Notes under the pieces: model-generated
Seen by the model: the letters and a program-made list of their open reading frames with translations, nothing else
What the model was told of the DNA's origin: nothing
Databases searched by the model: none
Shown: positions 1 to 9,174 of the stretch, piece after piece
Numbering within the stretch: position 1 is the first letter of the stretch
Layout of the letters: every line of letters begins with the position of its first letter
DNA from: a virus
Taxonomy: Duplodnaviria > Caudoviricetes
Direction: 5' to 3' (one strand)
DNA: 27,461 nt
IMG/VR virus record: IMGVR_UViG_3300008255_000397
Span: 1-27,461 of that record
Made by a program: the position numbers and the translations under genes

Positions 1-3000
1 CAATTTCATACAACCCTTTAGGAACATTGACCAAAAATCCTATAGGTGAGTATTCTGCTTCAATCTTAGCAATATTTATAGGCGTTTGAGTGAATGGAAT
101 AATTGCATCCAAAGCTAACGCTCCACCTTTATTATTACGCTTAAATTGATTTAATAAATTAGCAAACTTAGATGCTTGTTGAAATACCATTTTCTTTGAT
201 TCCATATCAGCAAAGATACGAGCTTCTGCAAGTTGTTTTGTTGTAATACTTTCAGCTGTCCATCCCTTAGTCATCATATACTGTGATAGGGAAGCAACAT
301 AAGCTGAGCGTCTGAAGATAATATCTTCTTTTTCTAACGCCCAAAAGTTGAATTTAGATGCTTTATTTAAAATATCACTCTTAAAGATGTTTCTCTTTCG
401 TTCAATCTTAGTTCTTTCATCATACTTACTTCCTGATGTCATTTCTTCAACGATTGAATCAAAATCAGCTTTTGCATAAGCTTTTAGTTTTTTATTAAAT
501 AAGTATCTTATATCTTTTGTTTTTTCTACTTGTGGGAACGCCATTTGTAACATTGTTACGCCTGTGTCTTTAACTAATCGAGTAGGCATCATGGCTGTAT
601 TCCCTAAGATATTACGGATATGTGTTGCAAAGTTCCCAAGCATCGATAAATATCTCCAAGCATTAAGTTTATCCATCAGAGTTCTAGGAACTTGATTTGC
701 TAAATCTTGAGATATTTCATCAACAACTTTTTGAATATCAGCTTTATCTGTTTGCTGTAAAAGCTTAACCTTTAAAGATTCATCAATGTATAATTGTAAA
801 ATTTCTCCATTATATTTTTTCTTTTTTTCTGTATATTCGCTATTTATTCTCTTCGTCATTCTTTCTAGTATCATTAACTGTCCACTAGCAGAAAGTTTTT
901 TAACCAAACTTAAAGCCTGAACAGCTTGACCTAGAAGCGTTCCTACGGAAGACAAAATCCCTATCATATCAACAGCTTTTTCTACTTGTTTAGAATTAGA
1001 ATATTTAACAATAATAGCTTCAGCTGTAGCAATATCAGCTTTAGTGAAAATCTTACCTTCTTCATAGTTATTGATTAAAGTTATTCTTTGGTTTTCTAAG
1101 TCTTCATCTGTTTGTATTCTGTTTTGTGCATCGATGACAGCTTGTTTATCTGATACTTGATTATAATCTAGTTCGCCCCTAGAAATCATATCTTCGACTT
1201 CTCCAGCAACAGCGTCAGAAACATTTCCACTAGCTATAATTGTTCGTGGATGCTTCCTTGTTCTTAAAGCTCCATCTCCTTGAATAACAGGCTTAGTAAT
1301 AACATCTTTCACATAAACTTGTGTATAAAAGTCGTTCATATCATCAAGCGATGGTATGTACTGGTCTTCCATTTCAGGTGGAATATTTGCTTCGTCAAAA
1401 TCAGGATAGAACTCTGAATCTTCTTCATAATTCTCTATAGCAGGTTTAACAGCTTCAACTTCAGCTACAGGTTGAACTATTTCTTGATTAACAGGCGTTT
1501 TTAGCTCTGTAGGCGATAGTTTAGCAACTGTTTCAGCACTTATCTCTACCCCAGCATTTGCTCCTTTAAGGATTTCATTTACCCAGTCATTAACCTTGAA
1601 AGAAATATACTTCTTGCCTTGACGGTTAAGCATATTCTTTTGGTTTGGTGCTAATCTAAACCATGAATAAAGAGCTTGTTGTAATAAATCAAGTTGACTT
1701 GTGGGCTTGTACTCCATCCCAAAGGTTCGAGCGATGTACTTCCATTGGTCTACCGTTCTTCGTTGAGATTTAGCATACCCTTTGACTGCATCTAAATACC
1801 CATTAAAAAGTGGATTTAAAGGTTGTTCACTATATTTCTTCTTAGCTTTTGTATATTCCTTTTTAATCCCTTCCCATGTTTCAAATTGTTTTAAATCTCC
1901 GAAAAGAACTTTTCTCTTGTTCTTCTCTCTTAAATCATCCAGCTCTTTTACTTCAGCAGATGTCAACCCAACTCTTCCATCTTCAATCAACCATTCAAGC
2001 GTTCTCAAGCGTTCTTGCTCTTTCAAACTCAAAGCTGAACCATAAATAGAATCCGTTAGTTGATGTTGAATCGATGCACTTTCATTCGCTCCAAAGTATT
2101 TACTCTTAGGATTGCTTGATGGATTCTTATTTTCGATTGACTTGCCCAATCCATCCTTCATGGTTAGATAAATATCAGAACCATTTTCTTGAAGTAGAAT
2201 TGCATCATAATCATAACCATTTTTAATTAAGAACTCTTTTAGAGCTGACCCTTCTAATCTTGAAGGAACTCCAGCTTCTGAAAGCTCATCAGCTACTGAA
2301 CTATATCTAGGAAGGAACTCTTCGTTATAAATAACTTTGTCAGCTTCGTTTCGTGTATCGAAAATCTTTCTTCCATCTAAGTACATAGCAGAAGTTATCT
2401 TTTTCATTCCTATTGATTGAAGGTACTCACTTGACTCAAGGCTTCCATCATACTTACTTGCCATAGATTCATCTGTATAAAGGAAAGTTCCAGCTCTGAG
2501 AATTGCTCCTTGCTCTAAAGTTCTACTTCCATAAAGGACTTGTAAGTTTTTGTTTGAATCTCTTACAGAACTCTCTTTGAATCTATTTTTTTGTCCGATA
2601 GAAAGCGTGTTACCTTTGGAATCTGAATCTTCTGAGTCAGCAATATTATATGCAAGTGAAGGTCTGATATAACCAAAATCTCTGATGTCGATAGCAATAT
2701 CAGGTTTATCAAAGTTTTCACTCATTCTGTCATGGTCTGAGATTCTCATTGTGAATGTTTTTGATTCAGGCATAAAAGGCGATATTTCAACGATGGATTT
2801 ATCTCCATACTTGCTGATTATATCTGCATAATTTTCAATCCCTATTTCAAGATAGATTGATGATGATGAACCTGAAGTTGTGATGTTTCTGAAAGGGATT
2901 CCTTTAAGAATCTTGTTAGCAAAGTCAAGCTTGTTCATCTCTTCTGCAAGTAATCCACTATCTCTTTGATATTCAATAGCATTTGTTCTTACTGTATCTT

Positions 3001-6000
3001 TTTGATTCTTGTACTCATTCAGTAAAGTATCTTTAATCTCTTTGAATGAAACGGGTCTATCTAAAGATTTTATGAACTCGTTAAACTCATAATGCTTGTT
3101 CATATTCCCTAGATTCAAGGCTTGTCTTCTTTGATAAATATCATAATCATCTTTTTTAACATTTATCTTTTCTTTTAGCCCATCAATATAACTTGTTGAC
3201 TTGATAGTTTGGAATTGTATGTCTTTTCCATCATTGATAGGAACTATTTGGTTACTATTAAAAACAGTATACTCAGGTTCTCCGTCAACAGTACCTTCCC
3301 CTGTATAAATAACTCCATCATAACCATTTTTGTATGCGTTTTTAGCTAGTTCTTTATCACTTGTTTCTAAGATATTTTCAGCGTTTAAATAAACTTCTTT
3401 AATATTTTTTCGTGGTGTTGTGAAGCCATACTTATTCATCAAATCAATAACATCACCAGGAACACTCATAAAGCTTGTAGGATTCAAAAATCCAAATACA
3501 TCATCTATGCTTAAATCTGTATCTCTTTCGATATACGCACCATCAACATATTTAGTTATATAAGATAATTCATTTAGGTCTATTCCTGCTTCTTTTTCAA
3601 CATCTTGAAACATTTCATAAGAATATTTATTAAAGAAATTATCCCATGCTTTTGAATATCCAACATTTACTAAATCATTAGCAAAGTCGCTTATCTTAGG
3701 ATATTTAGTTTCTACTTCTCCTAAAAATGTTTCCTTATCTATATTTTGGTTTCTATTAGCGTAGGCATACTTATCAGCAACTTCTTTTGAAGCTGTAAAG
3801 AAAATACCATCTCCTTGAAATTCATTATTTAAAACTGTTCTATTTTTACCCATATCAAAAATATCAAAATCCCTAGTAGTGCCATGATACATCCGTATTA
3901 AATTGCCATTTTCATCTCTAAATTTTGAATTATAAAGTTTAACTTCTTCTTCAGGTGATAATTGAAATTGAGAATCGCCATCCATCAGTGAATTAGACAC
4001 TTGTGGATTCCTATTATTAATGTCTTTGAATTGTGAAGGAAGGAACCCTATTTCAGCAACATCAGTGATGATTCCATCAAATCCTGTAGCATCGATGAAA
4101 GCTTGTTGATAATCTAAAATGACTGAGTTGAAAATATCAGGGTCTATATTATCTTCAAATAAATCATACACAGCAGATTCGGCTGTTTTCTTAACATTAA
4201 TAAGTTTGAACTTATCCTTGTAAGTGTAATCCCATGCGTGTAAATCGTTTATTAAATTATCAAGTTTCCCTGTGATGTTTCCATACTTAGCGTTTACTTC
4301 TTTCATCTTGTTAATGTAATCAAGCACAACTTCTCTAGTGGCAAATTGAGTTGAGTACTTTTCCATCCCATAAATTCCACTTGTGTAAATAGGATTCCTT
4401 ATGTCAGCATAAAGCTCTTTGACAATTTGGTCGGTAGAGTGTATGTATCTGAAAATTGCTGTTAATCCTGATGATGTATAAATTCCAAAACCATCTATAC
4501 CCCCCCTTCGAGAAGCGTTTCTAAAATCAAATGAATCAAAGTCTTCAAAAGTAGTGTGATATAAAGTTTGAATCAATCCACTCTCGTCTTTTGTAGCTGA
4601 TTTAGAAAAGAAATCTTCTTGAGTTGTTGAAATTACATTCCCAGCTGAATCGTGTCTAAGCGTTGAATCAAATTCTTTTATAAACTTCTCAGCCCATTCA
4701 ACATACCCTTTAGTGTTATGGTCTTTATATTTAGTCTTAGCTTCTTTGATAAAATCGATTAAGTAGTTGACATCATCCATTTCAATATAATTTTTTATGG
4801 TTTTTGTGCTTAACATATCTAAAACATCTATATCAACTTTTGTAATGTCATCAATTTTGTTCATTACATCTCTGTATTGAAATTGAATATCACTCTTGAA
4901 GGATGGATTCATATCGTTTACATCTTTGAACTGGTTGTTCGATAAATAAACATAATCTTCAACACCGTTATTATCAAAAATAACGCCATCATTTTGATAA
5001 CCGTTTAAATTTAGATACCCTAAAAGTTTAGAAGCATCTTCTTCATTCAAAAGCCCATCTTCATTAAGCTCGATGAAGTCAAAATTCTCACTGTTATACG
5101 CATTTAGAATGTCTTGGTTCAGTCTATCTCGTGTATCAAAAGGATTTTTAATAAGTAAATACCCTGATTTCCCACCTTTTCTAACCGTTTTAAGAGAGTT
5201 TTCATCGTCAAGAACTTTAGTACCCATAAAGTAAGTTTGTTGCTCTAGGCTTAGTTCTACCCCATTAGAATCGATTTTAGGTGCTGTAATCAACTGAAAT
5301 TGCCAATCTTTATTCGATTCAATGATAGGTTGTCTACCGTTAGCAATTCTTTCGTCATTATTATATTCATATTCAGAGAATGGAATATTTCTTAAAGCTA
5401 GTTCATTTCTAACATCTTCGGATGCGTTGTTTGGAACTAGAACATGAGATATTTCAGGAAATTCAATAATTGTTTTAGGTTTAGACTCAAAGTAAGTAAC
5501 CGTTAAATCTTTTACCATCTTCAAGGAATTATAAAGCCCTTCAGCATAGGTTAGCCCTTCTGAATCTTGAATCCCATCATCTTCAGTAATTTGTTCGTTA
5601 ATATTAAAGTAACCATAAGATTCAAATGCTTTAATGATATTTTCTACAGAAAGCTCTGTGCGTTTAGTAATAAATTCATCTAAAATCATCCCAGCTGATT
5701 CAGCTAACTTTGTATGTGAATCCATTCTATCTTCATATTTTGCATAAAGTTCACTGTATTCATCAGATAAATCAGGAACATCTTGGTCGAGAGCAACTCT
5801 GATTGATGACATATCATTTTCTGCCCAGTTAATTATTCTATCAAAATCATCGTTCTTCTCAAGCATATTTCTATTATTGATAACTTCATCCACACTCTTT
5901 AAAGTAGGTGTAAGAAATCCTTTATATTCTTTAACAGAACTAAAAGAACCAAATTCAGCTCCAATCATTTCTTTGGTAGCTTTCATCTTCTTATAAACAT

Positions 6001-9000
6001 TTTCAAGCGTTACAGGGATAAGAAGTTGAGAAGGCTTTCTGCGACCGTTATTCGTGTATAAATCAAGGTCGTTTCTCATATACTCTCCACCAAATTTAGA
6101 GATGTATTGAGTTATTATCCGTCTTATTTCTACAAGCTTATTTTGTTGTTCTTCTCTAAGAGCATAGTATTCATCTTGTGTAATCTCTTTTTTATCATAT
6201 CTTTCTCTTATTTTAGTTCTCTCAGCATCAAAATCTATGTCAAAATTGCCCCCTGTCATATCGTTGTAAATGGCCATCCCAGCTTTTGTACTTGAAAGTT
6301 TATTTGCTACATTATTATAATAGTCAAATTCACTGTTTCTTGTTTGATTAATGAAATATTCTATCTCTCTAAACCCATCTAAATCCTTGTACTTTTTTAC
6401 ATCTTCTTCAAAGTTTTTCAATGATTTAGAATCTGCAATAGCAAGGAAGGTTTTAGGGAATCTAGCTGTGTAAGCGTCAGCTTGATATGTAGGCGTTCCA
6501 TTAAGAACTTCTTTATTAAAAACAACAGTTATTTCCCCAAAATTTTCATGAGCTATCCCAGCCTTCGTAACAGCTAAAGAAGGCATAACAAACCCACCTA
6601 GACCCAAAGTTGCAAGGAACTTTTCTTCAGTCGTGTTATGAAGTACAACTAAATCTTTATCTAATCCTTCAGATATTCCGATGATGTTCGCACCATTTTT
6701 AACGATTTCGCTTAATGCTAAGTATTTCTTATAAAGAGCTATCTCATCAGGGTTTTTTGAATCTGCAAAGTTTCTAACATCCACTTCTTCAGTTACGGAT
6801 ATTTTTTCTCCGTAAACGGATTCATACATATTGATTTCAATTTGGTTCGTTAAATAGCGGTATGTATTTCTAACAAAGTTCAAAAGCTCCCCTAGTTGAT
6901 AAGTAGAAAGTTTTGAAGTGTTATTTTTTCTTTCTGTAAGCTTGTTGTTCAAAGCATTATTTATGATACCCAAAATATCATTGCTGTTTACTGTTCTGTC
7001 ATCAAAATTAGAGATGGTTGTGTACATTATTTCCATATCTTCATTAGTTAGATTAAAAGTTTTTTGAATATCATTCTTTGCCTTATTAATAGATTGACCG
7101 ATAACAAAGTTATCATAGTGCATCTTATTCATCTCTTCATTATCAGTTTTCTTATAAGCTCCTATTGAAATGTTATTTATGCGTTCAGTAAGTGGAAATT
7201 GTATTTGTTGAAATTGAGTATCAATACCTTGAGCTTGGTTAAGTACATTCCCTTTATTCGTTTTATATTCTTCTACAGCAAGTTTGAATATACCGTTTAA
7301 GTTTTCCAAATAATTCATGTTAGCAAGATATATTTGTGCGTTTGCTTCATCTTTCATAAGTTTAGCTGACTTAGCGTTCATATTCTTCACAACGCCATCA
7401 AAAACATCAGAAAGTTTTTCCATTACTGATGGATTCATACCAGCTAGTTTTTTAATATAAGATACCCTAAGACCAGCGTTTGAACCAAAAATAATCCTTT
7501 GGACAATCTCTTCTGCAATAAATTCAGATTGACCTACATTAACTCCACTAGCATAAGTTGCTGTAGCTGTAGTGTTGTATGTTTCAGGATTTGTAGCAAT
7601 AGCTTCTGCTTCTTTATAAAAAGCATCTCCCATTGTGGACTGAACTAAAGCAGTAAGTTTTTTATACTCTCCTGTTCGCTCCATAATATGAGTAACTTCA
7701 TGTCCAAATGACCGAGCTAGTATATTTCTTCCATCTCGCTCAATGACATACATTTTTTTATTTTTATTATCTACAAAAGCATTTGATTTTTTAAGCTTTT
7801 CTACAGGTTCGTTAGATTCTCTTGAAAGCTTAGCAATAGCTTCATCAGTATTTTCGATAGAAACATACTCATATCCATATACATCTTTGGATATTTTTTT
7901 AGCAATTTCAGTTGCTACTTCAGGGTCTAAATTATGAATAGTTGAACTATTTGCGATGCTCTCCATCGTTTTCATCGTTACAGCTTGAGTAACATTCATA
8001 GATACAGCTGTTAAAGCTCCCATAATGAACGATTCTAAAACATCTGAACCGAGTTCTTTGCCAGTTCTATCTTCAATGTCATATAACTTTCTAACGCCAT
8101 ACCCAGCTATTTCAGAAACAATTTCTTCAAAACCTTCTTCAACTCCATCTGCAATTAGTTTCACAGCTTTTATAGCAAGAGCTTTTTTAGCTACATTCGC
8201 AAAAGCATCTGTTATTCTTTTATCTCTACCTGCTTGAAATGCTTTAGCCCATTTACTAGAACCAACCATTCCTATACCAGCAAACATCATTTCAGAAGCA
8301 ACTTCAATTCCACCCATTAAAGCACCATAAACACCTGCTTGGTCTCCTGTTAATCCAGCATTTAACCCATCTCCAATAGCTCTTGAAGATGAAATCGCAT
8401 ACATAACAACTAATCCACCACCACCCAAAACAGCATTAGTTGCTATCATGGTGCTCATGTCTATCATTCCTGAAGTGATTAAATTGCCCCACTTCACAAT
8501 GTTATTTATATCTTTACTTGCATATTCTTTATCAAAATCCAACTTAACTTTGTTTAAGTATGCACTGTCTTTTCGAAGCATTTCTCTTCCGTTATCTTGA
8601 ATGAAATTAAATACAGAATCTATATTTTCCTTCATCTCAGGAAGCATTATTAAAGAATCAATATAATCTCCACCAAACTTCTGAGCATAGTTTCTGAGTT
8701 GAGCCACTTGCGATGTAACCCCAAAATAAGCTTGTTTAGGCTGATGAGCGACTCTTTCAAATGTATTTATAAGGTTATCCTTCGTAAAGGAAATATTATC
8801 AGCTACAGTTTGAAATTCTTTAGCATAATACTCAGCACCTTTATCATAATTTTCAGGGTTGTAAGGGTCGAAAGTTTCAGGCTTTGCAGTCGTGTACAAA
8901 TCAGTATAAAGATTCCCTGACTTTTCAAGGAAGCTCTTGTTAAGAGAGTCTAAAGAACTGTTCTTATTTAGATATGAAAAAGTATTTTGTTGTATAACCT

Positions 9001-9163
9001 TAGTCGTATCAACGCTTTTAACAGATGAAAAGATACTGTTCTGATTGCTTTTTAAAGTCGGTTTATGAACAGTTTTATTAATTGCTAATTCGTCTGTTTT
9101 ACCTAAGGCTGTCTGAATCGTACTCTTATACTTATTCTCTAAATCGAGTTCGTTCTTTATCAT
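1..9163 (-). CDS. Giant polyvalent internal virion/DNA-ejection protein (>=3054 aa, 3' end outside window): MPTase plus multiple ADP-ribosyltransferase-like domains
   Basis: ATG at 9163 is preceded by AGGAG, which overlaps the upstream stop. The N-terminus reads MIKNELDLENKYKSTIQ. The same frame is open at the left edge (DAIIPFTQTPINIAKIEAEYSPIGF) and in every segment I translated. The ORF track lists no stop-terminated minus ORF in 1-9163, consistent with one uninterrupted frame. Motifs: GVEEGFEE (~8125-8148), HEVTH (7688-7702), LHNTTEEK..MPSLAVTK (~6565-6645), YHTT (~4550-4561), YHGT (~3878-3889), RISDH (2732-2746), WRYLSMLGNFATHIRNILG (602-658). Confidence 0.9.
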   Translation of the reverse strand, partial: MIKNELDLENKYKSTIQTALGKTDELAINKTVHKPTLKSNQNSIFSSVKSVDTTKVIQQNTFSYLNKNSSLDSLNKSFLEKSGNLYTDLYTTAKPETFDPYNPENYDKGAEYYAKEFQTVADNISFTKDNLINTFERVAHQPKQAYFGVTSQVAQLRNYAQKFGGDYIDSLIMLPEMKENIDSVFNFIQDNGREMLRKDSAYLNKVKLDFDKEYASKDINNIVKWGNLITSGMIDMSTMIATNAVLGGGGLVVMYAISSSRAIGDGLNAGLTGDQAGVYGALMGGIEVASEMMFAGIGMVGSSKWAKAFQAGRDKRITDAFANVAKKALAIKAVKLIADGVEEGFEEIVSEIAGYGVRKLYDIEDRTGKELGSDVLESFIMGALTAVSMNVTQAVTMKTMESIANSSTIHNLDPEVATEIAKKISKDVYGYEYVSIENTDEAIAKLSRESNEPVEKLKKSNAFVDNKNKKMYVIERDGRNILARSFGHEVTHIMERTGEYKKLTALVQSTMGDAFYKEAEAIATNPETYNTTATATYASGVNVGQSEFIAEEIVQRIIFGSNAGLRVSYIKKLAGMNPSVMEKLSDVFDGVVKNMNAKSAKLMKDEANAQIYLANMNYLENLNGIFKLAVEEYKTNKGNVLNQAQGIDTQFQQIQFPLTERINNISIGAYKKTDNEEMNKMHYDNFVIGQSINKAKNDIQKTFNLTNEDMEIMYTTISNFDDRTVNSNDILGIINNALNNKLTERKNNTSKLSTYQLGELLNFVRNTYRYLTNQIEINMYESVYGEKISVTEEVDVRNFADSKNPDEIALYKKYLALSEIVKNGANIIGISEGLDKDLVVLHNTTEEKFLATLGLGGFVMPSLAVTKAGIAHENFGEITVVFNKEVLNGTPTYQADAYTARFPKTFLAIADSKSLKNFEEDVKKYKDLDGFREIEYFINQTRNSEFDYYNNVANKLSSTKAGMAIYNDMTGGNFDIDFDAERTKIRERYDKKEITQDEYYALREEQQNKLVEIRRIITQYISKFGGEYMRNDLDLYTNNGRRKPSQLLIPVTLENVYKKMKATKEMIGAEFGSFSSVKEYKGFLTPTLKSVDEVINNRNMLEKNDDFDRIINWAENDMSSIRVALDQDVPDLSDEYSELYAKYEDRMDSHTKLAESAGMILDEFITKRTELSVENIIKAFESYGYFNINEQITEDDGIQDSEGLTYAEGLYNSLKMVKDLTVTYFESKPKTIIEFPEISHVLVPNNASEDVRNELALRNIPFSEYEYNNDERIANGRQPIIESNKDWQFQLITAPKIDSNGVELSLEQQTYFMGTKVLDDENSLKTVRKGGKSGYLLIKNPFDTRDRLNQDILNAYNSENFDFIELNEDGLLNEEDASKLLGYLNLNGYQNDGVIFDNNGVEDYVYLSNNQFKDVNDMNPSFKSDIQFQYRDVMNKIDDITKVDIDVLDMLSTKTIKNYIEMDDVNYLIDFIKEAKTKYKDHNTKGYVEWAEKFIKEFDSTLRHDSAGNVISTTQEDFFSKSATKDESGLIQTLYHTTFEDFDSFDFRNASRRGGIDGFGIYTSSGLTAIFRYIHSTDQIVKELYADIRNPIYTSGIYGMEKYSTQFATREVVLDYINKMKEVNAKYGNITGKLDNLINDLHAWDYTYKDKFKLINVKKTAESAVYDLFEDNIDPDIFNSVILDYQQAFIDATGFDGIITDVAEIGFLPSQFKDINNRNPQVSNSLMDGDSQFQLSPEEEVKLYNSKFRDENGNLIRMYHGTTRDFDIFDMGKNRTVLNNEFQGDGIFFTASKEVADKYAYANRNQNIDKETFLGEVETKYPKISDFANDLVNVGYSKAWDNFFNKYSYEMFQDVEKEAGIDLNELSYITKYVDGAYIERDTDLSIDDVFGFLNPTSFMSVPGDVIDLMNKYGFTTPRKNIKEVYLNAENILETSDKELAKNAYKNGYDGVIYTGEGTVDGEPEYTVFNSNQIVPINDGKDIQFQTIKSTSYIDGLKEKINVKKDDYDIYQRRQALNLGNMNKHYEFNEFIKSLDRPVSFKEIKDTLLNEYKNQKDTVRTNAIEYQRDSGLLAEEMNKLDFANKILKGIPFRNITTSGSSSSIYLEIGIENYADIISKYGDKSIVEISPFMPESKTFTMRISDHDRMSENFDKPDIAIDIRDFGYIRPSLAYNIADSEDSDSKGNTLSIGQKNRFKESSVRDSNKNLQVLYGSRTLEQGAILRAGTFLYTDESMASKYDGSLESSEYLQSIGMKKITSAMYLDGRKIFDTRNEADKVIYNEEFLPRYSSVADELSEAGVPSRLEGSALKEFLIKNGYDYDAILLQENGSDIYLTMKDGLGKSIENKNPSSNPKSKYFGANESASIQHQLTDSIYGSALSLKEQERLRTLEWLIEDGRVGLTSAEVKELDDLREKNKRKVLFGDLKQFETWEGIKKEYTKAKKKYSEQPLNPLFNGYLDAVKGYAKSQRRTVDQWKYIARTFGMEYKPTSQLDLLQQALYSWFRLAPNQKNMLNRQGKKYISFKVNDWVNEILKGANAGVEISAETVAKLSPTELKTPVNQEIVQPVAEVEAVKPAIENYEEDSEFYPDFDEANIPPEMEDQYIPSLDDMNDFYTQVYVKDVITKPVIQGDGALRTRKHPRTIIASGNVSDAVAGEVEDMISRGELDYNQVSDKQAVIDAQNRIQTDEDLENQRITLINNYEEGKIFTKADIATAEAIIVKYSNSKQVEKAVDMIGILSSVGTLLGQAVQALSLVKKLSASGQLMILERMTKRINSEYTEKKKKYNGEILQLYIDESLKVKLLQQTDKADIQKVVDEISQDLANQVPRTLMDKLNAWRYLSMLGNFATHIRNILGNTAMMPTRLVKDTGVTMLQMAFPQVEKTKDIRYLFNKKLKAYAKADFDSIVEEMTSGSKYDERTKIERKRNIFKSDILNKASKFNFWALEKEDIIFRRSAYVASLSQYMMTKGWTAESITTKQLAEARIFADMESKKMVFQQASKFANLLNQFKRNNKGGALALDAIIPFTQTPINIAKIEAEYSPIGFLVNVPKGLYEI

Positions 9164-9174
9164 TCTTTATGCTC

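Noticed and set aside
4500-4506. Run of seven G on the coding strand within ART copy 2
   Set aside because: It is in frame (Arg-Gly-Gly), and slippage would remove the presumably essential C-terminal core. No evidence for phase variation.
1782-8920. Five plus-strand ORFs (1782, 6107, 7743, 8025, 8699)
   Set aside because: Antisense shadows of the giant minus-strand gene, with F/S/L-rich composition and no convincing RBS.
1-9163. Stop-codon recoding or a non-coding island as the explanation for the 9-kb ORF-track gap
   Set aside because: Translated segments are open in the standard code, and TAA, TAG and TGA all serve as stops elsewhere. The gap arises because the stop lies outside the window.
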